This document shows positions 46,577 to 59,160 of a DNA stretch of 64,000 nt, piece after piece. Source of the stretch: Gammaproteobacteria bacterium (GTDB lineage Bacteria; Pseudomonadota; Gammaproteobacteria; Xanthomonadales; Xanthomonadaceae); contig JANXUD010000028.1 of assembly GCA_025352045.1 (NCBI GenBank), forward strand, positions 10,206 to 74,205, written 5' to 3'. Position 1 is the first letter of the stretch. The number at the start of each line of letters is the position of its first letter. The notes under the pieces were generated by a model. It saw nothing but the letters and a program-made list of their open reading frames with translations. It was not told the DNA's origin and made no database searches. A program made the position numbers and the translations under genes.

Positions 46577-47134
46577 TCACTTCTTCTTCATCGCCTGCAC
46601 GGCGGCGAGCGTCTCTTCCACATGGCCGTGGGGATCGAGGTTGGAGTGCACGTGCACGATCGTGCCGTCCCGGGCGATCACGTACGACGTGCGATCGGAC
46701 CACTCCGGCTTCTGCGCGAGGATGGCGTCGTACTGTTTGGCGATCTTCGCCCCCGGATCGGCCGCCACGGCAAACTTGCCGCTGCAGTGCTCGGTCTCGC
46801 TCGAGAACGCAGCCAGCTGGTCGATGTTGCCCGCGGTGACGCCGATCACCGTCGCCTTCGCGGCCTTGAACTTCGGAATCGCCTGCGAGAACAGGTGCGC
46901 TTCGACGTTGCAGCCCGAGGTGTGCGCTGCGGGGAAAAAGTACACGACGACCGGACCCTTCTTCAGCGCATCGGCGAGATGGAAGCTGGACTGCTTGCCG
47001 GCGAGGAAGGACGGCGCCGTGAAATCGGGCGCCTTGCTGCCCTCCTTCAGCGCGGCCATGGCCGGGGTCGGGAAGGCGGCGACGATGGCGAGGACCAGCG
47101 CGGTTGCGGCGGCGGGGGCGGCGGCGGATTTCAT
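46577..47134 (-). CDS. secreted peroxiredoxin (AhpC/TSA-Bcp-like)
   Basis: Signal peptide. VVVYFFPAAHTSGCNVEAH carries the peroxidatic Cys in the typical context. Confidence 0.88.
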   Translation of the reverse strand: MKSAAAPAAATALVLAIVAAFPTPAMAALKEGSKAPDFTAPSFLAGKQSSFHLADALKKGPVVVYFFPAAHTSGCNVEAHLFSQAIPKFKAAKATVIGVTAGNIDQLAAFSSETEHCSGKFAVAADPGAKIAKQYDAILAQKPEWSDRTSYVIARDGTIVHVHSNLDPHGHVEETLAAVQAMKKK

Positions 47135-47320
47135 GGCGGTTCTCCGTTGGGAAATCAGGGATGCATATTACACCAGCCCGATGCGCCACGCTGTCGCCGC
47201 TCACGCGGATCGGGCGCGCAGGGAAACTGTGAAACTTCATTCTTGACTTTCCCGCTGCCCGGATCAATCTTGGCCGCGAGTCAGGCTTCATTGCAGCTTC
47301 CGACGACCGTCGTGGGGGAG

Positions 47321-48310
47321 ATGGGTATGCACGGGAACTCCGCGGATCGCGTGTGGCCAACAGCTTTCTGCGCGCTCCTGCTCGCCGCATGCGCCTGCTC
47401 GCCACAAGCCAGTGCACAGGCCTGGGTGCCCGGCAAGGGCCAGGGTTCCTTCGGGATGACCTACCAGCAGAAGCAGAGCACCAAGCTCACGAATGCGGAT
47501 GGCAGCTCGGAGCCTTTCGGCAAGGTCATCGCCCGCACCCTGACGCTCGACCTCGATTACGGCCTGTCCGGCCGATGGGCGGTCAGTGTCGGCATGCCCT
47601 TCATGCGCAATCGCTATACCGGCGACGATCCGCACGATCCGCGCGGGTTCCCGTTCCCGAACGACCAGCGCTTCCTCGACGATGGGCAGGACCATGGCGG
47701 CTGGTCCGACTGGAGCGTGGGCCTGCGCTACCAGTGGCGCAAACGGCCGTTCCTGGTCACTCCCTTCGTCGCCTACCTGCAGCCGAGCCACGACTACACC
47801 TTCTTTTCCCACGCCGCGTTGGGAACCCACCAACGGGCACTGCAGCTTGGCGTCCACGTCGGCAACTGGTTGCCGCTGCCGTGGCAGGCCATGTACTGGC
47901 AGGCCGGATACGCCTACACGATCGAGCAGTCCACCAGGAACCTCGATCACGCGGCCTACCCGTTCCTCCCGGACGACCGCCGCGTCAACCACGGCGCACT
48001 CAGCCTGGAATTCGGCGGCAACATCACGCCCCGACTCGGCGCGCACCTGCTGCTCAACCATACCAACTCCTACGGCAATGGCGTCCACGCGCCCGGGGAT
48101 TTCGCCAATCCGGATGGCTCGCCGAATTTCAACAACATCTTCTACCACGACCAGTTGCTGCTCTTGCGCACCACCAAGGCCAGCGCGGGCGTCGAATACC
48201 AGCTCACCGATCGCTACCAGTTGTCGTTCGACTGGGGCCGGACGCTCCGGGGCGCGGATGCGCATTTCTGGGACTACGAGACCAGCATCGGCATCAGCCG
48301 CAGCTTCTGA
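47321..48310 (+). CDS. outer-membrane beta-barrel protein, unknown family
   Basis: Signal/lipobox-like LLLAACACSPQASA, alternating aromatic beta-strand pattern, and a C-terminal ...GISRSF ending in Phe. The ATG at 47327 is an alternative start. Confidence 0.7.
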   Translation: MGMHGNSADRVWPTAFCALLLAACACSPQASAQAWVPGKGQGSFGMTYQQKQSTKLTNADGSSEPFGKVIARTLTLDLDYGLSGRWAVSVGMPFMRNRYTGDDPHDPRGFPFPNDQRFLDDGQDHGGWSDWSVGLRYQWRKRPFLVTPFVAYLQPSHDYTFFSHAALGTHQRALQLGVHVGNWLPLPWQAMYWQAGYAYTIEQSTRNLDHAAYPFLPDDRRVNHGALSLEFGGNITPRLGAHLLLNHTNSYGNGVHAPGDFANPDGSPNFNNIFYHDQLLLLRTTKASAGVEYQLTDRYQLSFDWGRTLRGADAHFWDYETSIGISRSF

Positions 48311-49713
48311 TCAGGCGGCGCGCGCCTCGCCCGGGCCGGGAAACCAGACGTCGAAGCGCGTCTCGCCCTGCCCGGTCGGCGCCAGGCGATAGGACAGGCC
48401 GTGGCGGTTGAGCACTTCGCGCACGAACAACAGGCCGATGCCCTGCCCGCCCTTCTTGGTGGTGAAGAAGGGCGTGAACATCTGTCCTGCCGGCACGTCG
48501 CCCAGGCGGTCGCCGGAATCGATGACCGACAGGCGCGGCCGGCGGTTGTCGTCGGCCACCAGTTCAAGGTGCACGTGGCCGCCGCGGCCGGCATGCTCGC
48601 GTGAGGTCGCCTCCGCCGCCTCCATCGCGTTCTTGACCACGTTCAGCAGGGCCTGCTCCATCAGGTTGCGATCCAGCGCCTGCCGCGCAACGTCGTCGCG
48701 GCGCAGCCAGCGGATGTCGATGCCGCGCGCGCGACAGGGCTCGCGGTACAGCTGCAGGATGTCGTCCAGCATTTCGGCCACGTCGGTTGGCTGTGGCTGC
48801 GCCGCCGGCATCTTGACCACCCGGGTGAAGCGCTCGATGAACTCGCCCAGTCCGGTGTTGCGCCGGCGCACGGCCTCGATCGCGGTGCCGAAATCGGCGC
48901 TGTCGGCACCGCCCTGCGCCGAGAGGTGGGCGGCCACCGATTCCAGCACCGAACCGGTCGCCGCCACGGTGTTGTTCACTTCATGCGCGAGCACGCGCAC
49001 CAGCTTTTCATAGGTCGCGCGCTCGGAACTTTCCAGCTCCTCGGTCAGTTCCTCCACCAGCAGGAATTCGCGGCCGAAACCGCGATCGAAGAACCGGCCG
49101 CGCTGGGCGCGATAGCGGCGACCGTCGACATCGACCAGCAACTGGCTCTCGCCGGCCGGCAGGTCGTCGAGGTCGGCGGCCAGCGCCTGCGCGCGCTTGC
49201 GCGCCATGGCATCCAGGCCGTCGACGAAGCCGGCACCGCCGCCGTGCCACTCCGACAGGGCATGGCCCAGCGGGTCGCGCAGTCCGAGCAGCGCCTGCGC
49301 ACTGGCATTGAGCAGGCTGATGCGGCCGTCGAAATCGAACACCACCACCGCGCTTGGCGTGGCCTCCAGCAGGCGCTCGAGGAAACCGCGCTGCTCGCCC
49401 AGCTTCATGCGTTCCTGGTACAGCGCGTCGAGCATGTCGTTGAACAGCCGCACCAGGCCAGCCAGTTCGTCATCGGGCTGGTCCTGCAGGCGCGCGGCAT
49501 AGTTGCGGTCCTGCAGCAGGTCGCGGAATCGGCGCGCATGCTCCAGCGGCTGCATGGCCCGGCCGACCAGGCGCAGTCCGACTGCGGCGCTCGCCAACAG
49601 CAATACTTCCACGCATACCACCACCAACGGCTGCTGGCGCCAGAACCACAGGGTCACGCCCAGGAACACCAGGTGCGTGCCCAGCACGTAGCCGACCAGG
49701 CGCTGGCGCAGGT

Positions 49714-49717
<4 letters not shown>
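48311..49717 (-). CDS. sensor histidine kinase (HAMP-PAS-HisKA-HATPase)
   Basis: Two N-terminal TM segments, HAMP-like DELAGLVRLFNDM, a PAS region, H-box LVRVLAHEVNNT, and an ATPase G-boxes DSGD / GGQGIGL. GTG start overlaps the regulator stop (GTGA). Confidence 0.88.
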
Positions 49718-51125
<1,408 letters not shown>

Positions 51126-51129
<4 letters not shown>

Positions 51130-52328
51130 TCGTAGTGCAACGCCTCGGTCGGGCTCATCCGGCTGGCCCGCCATGCAGGATAGAGAGCGCAGAGCACGGA
51201 TACCAGCGACATCACCGTCAGCGACACCAGCGCGGCGGCCAGGAACAGCGGCCAGCTCAGGTTTTCCCCGAACACGCCGGTGATCGGCAACTGCACCAGC
51301 AGGACCAGGCCCACCGCGATCGCCAGGCCGGTCAGCAGGAGCTGCTCGACGATGATCTGCCGGTAGATGCCGCCCGCGGTGGCCCCGATCGCCCGGCGCA
51401 GGCCAATCTCCGGGATGCGCCGGGTGGTGGACTGCCAGAGCACGCCGAACAGACCGAAGCCGACCATCAGCAGGAGGAAGGCGGCGATCACCCCCAGGAT
51501 CACCAACGGGATGACGGAGTCGTGCAGCATCGTGGTGCGCATGTCCAGCACCGGCGAGATCCGGTAGGACCAGTCGTTGCGAACCAGCTTCATGCGCTCG
51601 CTCAGGCGCGACTCGAACGCCCGGCTGGTGCCCGGCCTGACCTTCAACACGACCGTCTCCGCGCCGCGCATGCTCGACAGCGGCGAGAACCGCTTGATCG
51701 TGAAGTTGACCGGCGGCATGAACTCGCCGTGGTTGCGGAAGGCCTCGACGACGCCGGTGACGCGCATCATCGTGCGGTCCTTGCCGCTTGGCGGGCCGTC
51801 GCTGATCAGCTGGCCCACGGCCGAGCGACCGGGGAACAATGCGTCGGCCAGGCGCCGGTTGATGACCACGGGCTGCTCGGCCGCGCCCTCGTCGGAGGCA
51901 TTGAACCAGCGGCCCTCGGCAAGTTGCATGCCCAGTGTCTCGAAATACGTATCGCTGGCCTGGACGAAGTCGCTCTCGACCGACGCACCGCCCTCGGGCC
52001 GGTACATGTCGCCGCGCCAGGTCGAATTGTCGTAGAGCGGGAACGACGCAAAGCTGACCTTCTCCACTTCCGGCAGGTCCAGCAAGCTGCGGCGCAGCTG
52101 GTCGTAGAACTGCGGATCGTTCTTCGGGCCACCCTGGCTGGTCTGTTGCATCTGCACCGACCACAGCCCGGCGGGATCGAAGCCGATCGGCAGGTGGTAG
52201 AGCTGGTAGTAGCGCGCACCAGCGGCCGACACGGCGAACACCACCACGAACGCGAGCAGGATTTCCAGGCTGAGCATCAGGTTGCGCGACTTGCGCCGCC
52301 AGATCGGCTTGAGCAGGTGACGGAACAT
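51126..52328 (-). CDS. ABC transporter permease, FtsX/MacB type
   Basis: [30 protein letters not shown]..., RRIPEIGLRRAIGAT, and a C-terminal PTEALHYE. ATGA overlaps at both ends. Confidence 0.88.
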
Positions 52329-53569
52329 CAGGCAGCTCCCTTGAGTGCTTGGACAGGATGCAGTCGGGACATCTTCCAGGCCGGGATCACGCCCGACAGC
52401 AGGCCGAAAGTCACCGCGATGAGGAAGGCGTAGAACAGCACCGGCCAGGCGATGTCCACCCGCAGGTAGGGAATCAGCCCGGAATGCTCCAGCCACACCA
52501 GCGCGCCCTTGGCGAACACCAGGCCCAACACGCCGCCAAACAGGCAGAGCAGGATGTTTTCCACCACGAACTGCACCACCAAGGTCCGGCTCGAGGCGCC
52601 GAAGGCCTTGCGCACGCCGATTTCCGAGCTGCGCTCGAGGATCCGGCCGGTGTTGAGGTTGACCAGGTTCAGGGCCGGCAGCAGCATGAAGAACAGCATC
52701 AGCAGCAAGATCACCGCCAGCATGGTGCCGGCACCGGAATCGGGCTCGCGCGCATTGTTGAAGATGCCGCGTGCGAACACGTCCATCTTGGTGTCGGCCC
52801 ACAAATACGCCTTGTTGAACTCCTTCGGGTCCTTGAACCGGACCCGCGGGGCGATGCCCGCGACCTCGGCCTGCATGCGCGGCACGTCGGCCGGGCTGGC
52901 GCCGAGCAGGAGCGCGACGAAGTCGCCCGATTCCTCGCTGCGATAGGCGGTCGAGGGCTCGGTGGTGATCGGCGCCCAGATGTCGGCATAGGCATTGAGC
53001 TGCATCTCGTCCCGAACCACGCCAATCACCTGGAACTGCTGGCCGCCGACATTCAGGGGCTGGCCGACCGCCTTCGCGCCGGGGAACAACTTGCGCGCAG
53101 TGGACTGGTTGAGTACCGCGACGAAGCGTCCCTGCGCGACATCCTCGGCGCCCGGCAACCGGCCATCGAGCACCGTGAAGTCGAGGATCTTCCAGTACTC
53201 GGCATCCGTGCGCCGCAGCATCACTTCAGTGACGCGGTCGGCCTGGTACACCGACACGGTGCGCGGCCCGGTGGTGGCCGCGACCATTTGCGGTGTCTTC
53301 ATCGTCTTGAAGTAGTTTTCGATGATCCGGTAGCCCAGCGGGCCGATCCGGGTCGAGTTGCCGTCCGGGCCTTCGGACACCATGGTGTTGACCTGCACGA
53401 AGCGGTCGCTCTTGCCTTCCACGCCGCTGGGGAAGAACGCCTCCTGCAGCAGGGCAGCCACGACCAGCAACACGCCCAGCGTCAGCGTGATGCACAACAG
53501 GTTGATGGCAGTGAACAGCTTGCGCCGGGTGTAGACCTTCCAGGCCGTCAACAGGTAGTTCTTGAACAT
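52328..53569 (-). CDS. ABC transporter permease, FtsX/MacB type
   Basis: [25 protein letters not shown]..., [15 protein letters not shown], and a C-terminal PVQALKGA. Confidence 0.88.
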   Translation of the reverse strand: MFKNYLLTAWKVYTRRKLFTAINLLCITLTLGVLLVVAALLQEAFFPSGVEGKSDRFVQVNTMVSEGPDGNSTRIGPLGYRIIENYFKTMKTPQMVAATTGPRTVSVYQADRVTEVMLRRTDAEYWKILDFTVLDGRLPGAEDVAQGRFVAVLNQSTARKLFPGAKAVGQPLNVGGQQFQVIGVVRDEMQLNAYADIWAPITTEPSTAYRSEESGDFVALLLGASPADVPRMQAEVAGIAPRVRFKDPKEFNKAYLWADTKMDVFARGIFNNAREPDSGAGTMLAVILLLMLFFMLLPALNLVNLNTGRILERSSEIGVRKAFGASSRTLVVQFVVENILLCLFGGVLGLVFAKGALVWLEHSGLIPYLRVDIAWPVLFYAFLIAVTFGLLSGVIPAWKMSRLHPVQALKGAA

Positions 53570-53578
53570 GACGACTCC

Positions 53579-54241
<663 letters not shown>

Positions 54242-54278
54242 GTCGCGGTTCCTTGGCTGGAATGTGTTCGGATGCGGG

Positions 54279-55526
54279 TCAGTGGGTGATGCGGATGTGG
54301 TCGAGGCGCTTGAACTGGCTGGTGTCGGACACGATCAGGTGGTCGCCAACGTGCGCGCCGGAGAGGATTTCGACGTCCTTGCCATCGCCCAGGCCCATGT
54401 CCACGGGCACCTTGCGCGCCTCGTCGCCATTGACGACGAAGGCCTCCTGCGGACCGCGCCCGTTGAAGGCGGGGCCGGCATCCACCACCAGCGCATCGGG
54501 CTTGCTGTCGGTGACGATGTTCACGTCCACCCGCAGCTTGTTGCGCAGCAGGGGATGGCCCGGCTGGTCCAGGCTGACACGCAGCTTCACGGTGCCGTCC
54601 ACGATCTCGGGCAGCACCGTCTGCACGCGGCCGGTGAGAACCTGGCCGCTGTAACCGACGCGCACGACCTGGCCCGGGGACAGGTAGCGCGCGTAGAAGT
54701 CGGACACGGTCGCTTCGATGCGATAGCTGTGCAGCCTGGACACCTTGGCCACCAGCTGGCCCGCGGTGACGCTGGCGCCCTCGTCGGCCAGTACCCAGCT
54801 GAGCATGCCGTCGAAGGGTGCGCGCACGCGGGTCTGCGCCAGCAGTTCCTGCTGCTGCGCAAGCTGCTTTTCATAGATGGATTTCTGCAGGCGCGCGCCT
54901 TCCATGTCCGTGGCCGTGGCCTGGCGCGTGTCGGCGACCGACTCGCGCTTCTGCCGCAGCTCGATCTCGCTGCGCTTGACGGCCAGACGTGCGGCGTCCA
55001 GGTCGGAGGCAGAGAAGGCGCCGGTCTTGCCCAGGCGCTCGTAGCGGCCCAGCTTCACCTGCGCGCTTTCCAGGTCCAGCTGCATCAGCTCGATGTCGCT
55101 GGCCACCTGCTTGAGCTTCTGGTCCATCGCCAGTTGCAGCGACTCGACGCGGTTCTCCTGCTGCGCCACCTGCTCGCGCAGGTTGTCCACCGCCACGCGC
55201 AGCGCGGTGTCGTCCAGCTCCAGCAGCAGCTCGCCGGCCTTCACTTCCTGCCCCGGCCGCGCGACGACGCGTGCCACCCGGCTCTGGATCGGGCTCGACA
55301 CCTGGGTCTCGCTGATCGGGATCACCACGCCCGCGGCGTTGATGGTGTTGGCGATGCTGCCGCGGTGCACTTCCGACACGCGCAGCTGGTCAAGCGCCAC
55401 GCTGGGGCTGACCAACCGGTTCACGCCCCATGCCGCGGTCGCCAGCGCCGCGAAGGCGCCGGCAAGGGTTAGCCCTCGCGCATGGCGGCGACGAGCGAGG
55501 ACGCGGGTGTCGATCGGCTGGTCCAC
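54279..55526 (-). CDS. HlyD-family periplasmic adaptor
   Basis: Lipoyl/coiled-coil/barrel layout (SPIQSRVARVVARPGQEVKAGELLLELD ... VRAPFDGML). The longest ORF starts at ATG 55586, but the sigma-54 promoter lies inside that extension. The in-frame GTG at 55526, with AGGAA upstream, is proposed instead. Confidence 0.85.
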   Translation of the reverse strand: MDQPIDTRVLARRRHARGLTLAGAFAALATAAWGVNRLVSPSVALDQLRVSEVHRGSIANTINAAGVVIPISETQVSSPIQSRVARVVARPGQEVKAGELLLELDDTALRVAVDNLREQVAQQENRVESLQLAMDQKLKQVASDIELMQLDLESAQVKLGRYERLGKTGAFSASDLDAARLAVKRSEIELRQKRESVADTRQATATDMEGARLQKSIYEKQLAQQQELLAQTRVRAPFDGMLSWVLADEGASVTAGQLVAKVSRLHSYRIEATVSDFYARYLSPGQVVRVGYSGQVLTGRVQTVLPEIVDGTVKLRVSLDQPGHPLLRNKLRVDVNIVTDSKPDALVVDAGPAFNGRGPQEAFVVNGDEARKVPVDMGLGDGKDVEILSGAHVGDHLIVSDTSQFKRLDHIRITH

Positions 55527-55563
55527 GGGCTGCAGGCATTCCTGGATGACTGCCAGGCATGTT

Positions 55564-55578
55564 GCAAGCGCCGTGCCA
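55564..55578 (-). promoter_or_regulatory. sigma-54 (-24/-12) promoter
   Basis: The minus strand reads TGGCACGGCGCTTGCA, an exact match to TGGCACG-N4-TTGCA with canonical spacing. It lies upstream of an operon that encodes a sigma-54 activator. Confidence 0.75.
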
Positions 55579-55708
55579 CACTTCAATCCCCGTCGATTGG
55601 CTTACCGATCAGTCACTTGCCCGGTTGTCGCGGCGAGCCGGAAACGACTGCATTGCACGCGGCCGAACAGCAGTGTCCGGAATCGAACACTGCGTTCGCC
55701 TGACGCCA

Positions 55709-56110
55709 TCAACGCTTGCGCGACCCGTCCACGGAGAAGGCGCCCGGCCCCGACGCCCAGAAGAACAGGAAAACGAAGCACCACTGCACCGCCAGCTCGC
55801 CGCCATTGAGCAGGGGCAATGCGCCATGCGGCGCGTGGCCCATGAAGTAGGCCGCGGCCATTTCGCCGGACAGCACGAAGGCCACCGGGCGGGTGAACAG
55901 GCCGATCAGAAGCAGGACGCCGCCGGCGATTTCGATGACGCCGGCCAGGCCGAACAGCGACATCAACTGCACGCCGGCCATGGCATCCACGTGCGGCACG
56001 CCGAGCAGCTTGGCGGTGCCATGCTGGATGAACATGAGGGCGGTGACGATGCGCAGCAGGCCCTGCGCCTGCGGCGCCCAACGGCTGCCCATCGCGGTGA
56101 AATCACTCAT
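55709..56110 (-). CDS. DoxX-family membrane protein
   Basis: LLRIVTALMFIQHGTAKLLG...GVIEIAGGVLLLIGLFTRPVAF is typical of DoxX. The ATG overlaps the upstream stop (ATGA). Confidence 0.85.
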   Translation of the reverse strand: MSDFTAMGSRWAPQAQGLLRIVTALMFIQHGTAKLLGVPHVDAMAGVQLMSLFGLAGVIEIAGGVLLLIGLFTRPVAFVLSGEMAAAYFMGHAPHGALPLLNGGELAVQWCFVFLFFWASGPGAFSVDGSRKR

Positions 56111-56892
56111 TGCGCTTGCTCCCCCGTGTGCTCCGGAACGGTCTTGTCCGCCAGCCGCGCCAGTGCCGACGCGGCGGTGACGAACTCCGATGGCATCATC
56201 ACGATGGTCATGGTGTTCTGTTCGGCGCCGACTTCGGTCAGCATCTGCATGCGCCGCAGCTCGATCGCCATCGGCGTCTGGGCCATCTTGGTGGCCGCCT
56301 CGGTGAGTTTGATCGAGGCCTCGTATTCCGCCTCGGCCTTGATCAGGCGAGCGCGCTTTTCCCGGTGCGCCTCGGCTTCCTGCGCCATGGCCCGCTGCAT
56401 GGTGTTGGGGATGCCGACGTCCTTGATCTGCACGCGGTCCACCGCGATGCCCCAGGGCTCGGTCACGCTGTCGATGATCTCCTTCAGCATCGCCGAGAGC
56501 TTTTCCTGCTGCTTGAGCAGCTCGTCGAGCGAGTGCTGGCCGATCACGCCGCGCAGCGTGGTCAACGCGGTCTGGCCGACAGCCGCCTGGAAGTCCACGA
56601 CCTCGATGATGGCGCTCTCGGGGTTGGCGACCTTGTACCAGACCACGGCGCGCACCTTCACCGGCACGTTGTCGTTGGTCATGGTCTCCTGGGGCTCGAT
56701 GTCCTGGGTGATCACGCGCACGTCCACGACCTGCAGCCGGTCGATCACGGGGATGACCCAGGTCAGGCCGGGCTCGCGCGTGCCCTGGTAGCGACCCAGG
56801 CGGAACACCAGGCCGCGCTGGAACTGCTGCAGGATGCGCAGGCCGGAGGCGATTACCACGGCGACGACGACGAAGACGGCAAGTTCCGGCAT
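56107..56892 (-). CDS. SPFH/band-7 (stomatin-like) protein
   Basis: N-terminal TM, then RILQQFQRGLVFRLGRY...GLTWVIPVIDR...VVWYKV... and an Ala/Glu-rich coiled coil (AEAEYEA). Confidence 0.92.
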   Translation of the reverse strand: MPELAVFVVVAVVIASGLRILQQFQRGLVFRLGRYQGTREPGLTWVIPVIDRLQVVDVRVITQDIEPQETMTNDNVPVKVRAVVWYKVANPESAIIEVVDFQAAVGQTALTTLRGVIGQHSLDELLKQQEKLSAMLKEIIDSVTEPWGIAVDRVQIKDVGIPNTMQRAMAQEAEAHREKRARLIKAEAEYEASIKLTEAATKMAQTPMAIELRRMQMLTEVGAEQNTMTIVMMPSEFVTAASALARLADKTVPEHTGEQAQ

Positions 56893-57042
56893 GGGAGGCT
56901 CCTGGATTGATGCGGACTGTGCGCCGAGCCACCGCGGGGATCAACTGCCCCCCGGCGCCGGGCGTCCGGCCCCCCGGCCCGCCGGCAAGGCGGACAGGCA
57001 AGCCGCATAATGCGCAGGCGAAGGCAACCTGGCGCAGGACCG

Positions 57043-57516
57043 ATGATCAACAACGATGTGCTGCGCAGCGTGCGCTACATGCTCGACTTGAGCGACAACG
57101 CCGTGCTCGGGCTGGCACGGCTGGCGGATCCGGGCTTCATCATCGAGCCAGAGCAGGTGCAGGCTTTCCTCAAGAAGGATGGCGAAGCCGGCTTCGAGCC
57201 CTGCAGCGACCGCATGCTGGCGCATTTCCTCGACGGGCTGGTGCTGCACTACCGCGGCCGCGACGAGACCCAGCCACCGCGCCCGGTGGCGGCGCGCGTC
57301 ACCAACAACCTGGTGCTCAAGAAGCTGCGCGTCGCCTTCGAACTGAAGGACGTGGACATGCACCAGGCCTTCGAGGATGCCGGCTTCCCGGTGTCGAAGC
57401 CGGAATTGTCTGCGCTGTTCCGGCAACCCGAACACCGCAACTTCCGCGCCTGCGGCGACCAGATCCTGCGCAACTTCCTGAAGGGCCTTACCCTGCGGAT
57501 GCGCCCGCACCCGTAA
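57043..57516 (+). CDS. DUF1456 (YehS-like) protein
   Basis: MINNDVLRSVRYMLDLSD..., with a second repeat at NNLVLKKLRVAFELKD, as in the duplicated DUF1456 fold. Assignment is from memory. Confidence 0.75.
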   Translation: MINNDVLRSVRYMLDLSDNAVLGLARLADPGFIIEPEQVQAFLKKDGEAGFEPCSDRMLAHFLDGLVLHYRGRDETQPPRPVAARVTNNLVLKKLRVAFELKDVDMHQAFEDAGFPVSKPELSALFRQPEHRNFRACGDQILRNFLKGLTLRMRPHP

Positions 57517-57527
57517 GCGACGCGGCC

Positions 57528-58559
57528 TCAAGCCCCAGGAAAGTCGAAGGTTTCCTCGCGCCCGTCGGCATGGCGGGCAAAGCGGCGCCGCCCGTCGCCG
57601 TGCACCGGTCCCGGCGCCGGCCAGGGCCAGCCACCAAATTGCGTCCGCCGGTAGTCGTCGAATGCCTGCTGCAATTCGGCCTGCGTATTCATCACGAAGG
57701 GACCATGTTGCGCGACGGGCTCGCCGATCGGGCGGCCCTGCAGCACCAGGAACTCGCAAGCCTCCGCGCCCGCTTCAAGCGTGACTGCGACCCCCGCCGC
57801 GACTTCGACTACCGCGTGGCGATTGATGCGCTGGCCGTCGATGCTGACCGCATCGCCCTTGAAGAAATACAACCTGCGTCGCGTGCCCTCGCCCCGGGCC
57901 GGTGGCAAGGTCCAGCGCGCACCAGACTCCATCGCGATCGTCCAGATCGCCAGGTCGGCGGCAGCGTTCGCCGCCCAGGAATCCGGGGGTGGTGCCGGCG
58001 GCGCGGCGCCATCGTCCATTCGCCCCGCGATGCAGGCGACCGTGCTCCTGCGCCGACCGGCATCGGTGAAATCGCACCGCGGGATGTCCTGCGACCACAG
58101 CATGGTGAAATGCGGCGGCGCCATCTTGCTGCGCGCCGGCAGGTTCAACCAGATCTGGAACAGCTCTAAGGGATTGGGGCCTTCGACGTCGAGCAGTGGA
58201 AAGGTCTCCGCGTGCACGATGCCGCGCCCCGCGGTGAGCCACTGGACGTCGCCCTTGCCGAAGCGGGCCGTCGCGCCCAGCGAATCGGAATGGTCGATCA
58301 GGCCCTTGCGCACGATGGTGACGGTCTCGAATCCGCGGTGCGGATGCGCGGGAAACCCCGGCACCGTCTCGCCGTGGTACATGCGCCAGCCGTCCTTGCC
58401 TTCGAAGTCCGATCCGATGTTGCGTCCTTCCAGCGAGGCATCCGGCCCATAGCGGCCGTTGGCCTTTGGATAGGCGTCGTCGTGGTAGACGCAGAACAGG
58501 AAGGGGTCGAGCGTCTGCCAAGGGAAACCGAGCGGCTGAACATTGAGGATGGCGGACAT
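57528..58559 (-). CDS. pirin-family protein (long form)
   Basis: HPHRGFETVTIV and DVQWLTAGRGIVHAE cupin motifs. Confidence 0.9.
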   Translation of the reverse strand: MSAILNVQPLGFPWQTLDPFLFCVYHDDAYPKANGRYGPDASLEGRNIGSDFEGKDGWRMYHGETVPGFPAHPHRGFETVTIVRKGLIDHSDSLGATARFGKGDVQWLTAGRGIVHAETFPLLDVEGPNPLELFQIWLNLPARSKMAPPHFTMLWSQDIPRCDFTDAGRRRSTVACIAGRMDDGAAPPAPPPDSWAANAAADLAIWTIAMESGARWTLPPARGEGTRRRLYFFKGDAVSIDGQRINRHAVVEVAAGVAVTLEAGAEACEFLVLQGRPIGEPVAQHGPFVMNTQAELQQAFDDYRRTQFGGWPWPAPGPVHGDGRRRFARHADGREETFDFPGA

Positions 58560-58719
58560 GCATGGCTCCGGGGCGCGGTCTGTCGTCGCAGTCTAGCGCC
58601 GGCGCAGTGTTGCGACGCCACGATTAACAGCATATTTACCCTATCGCAACATCGGATTCACCGTCGGGCGCGCACAGTGTCGCTCCGGTCCCGATCGGGA
58701 CGCTCACGGGAGAAACAGC

Positions 58720-59160
58720 ATGGCTTACATCGACGGTTTCGTGATGGCGGTTCCGACCGCCAACAAGAAGAAGTTCATCGAACACGCCAACAACATCGAC
58801 TCCATTTTCCTCGAGCTTGGCGCGCTGCGCGTCGTGGAAAACTGGGCCGATGACGTGCCCGAGGGCAAGCTCACCGATTTCCAGCGCGCAGTGCACGCCA
58901 AGGCCGACGAGGCCGTCGTGTTCTCCTGGGTCGAATGGCCCGACAAGGCCACCCGCGATGCCGGGATGGAAAAGATGATGAAGGATCCGCGCATGGACCC
59001 GAAGGCCAATCCGATGCCATTCGACGGCAAGCGGATGATCTTCGGCGGCTTCAAGCCCATCCTCGAACTGGGCGCGGGCCTGGGCCAGGACGCGCTGCCG
59101 CTCGCTGCGCATGCGAAGAAGGGCGAGCGCAGCGGCACGGGCGTGGCGCCGAAGCACTAG
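58720..59160 (+). CDS. DUF1428-family protein
   Basis: MAYIDGFVMAVPTANKKKFIEH...VVFSWVEWPDKATRDAGM...KRMIFGGFKPI, plus a C-terminal extension of about 25 aa. Confidence 0.8.
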   Translation: MAYIDGFVMAVPTANKKKFIEHANNIDSIFLELGALRVVENWADDVPEGKLTDFQRAVHAKADEAVVFSWVEWPDKATRDAGMEKMMKDPRMDPKANPMPFDGKRMIFGGFKPILELGAGLGQDALPLAAHAKKGERSGTGVAPKH

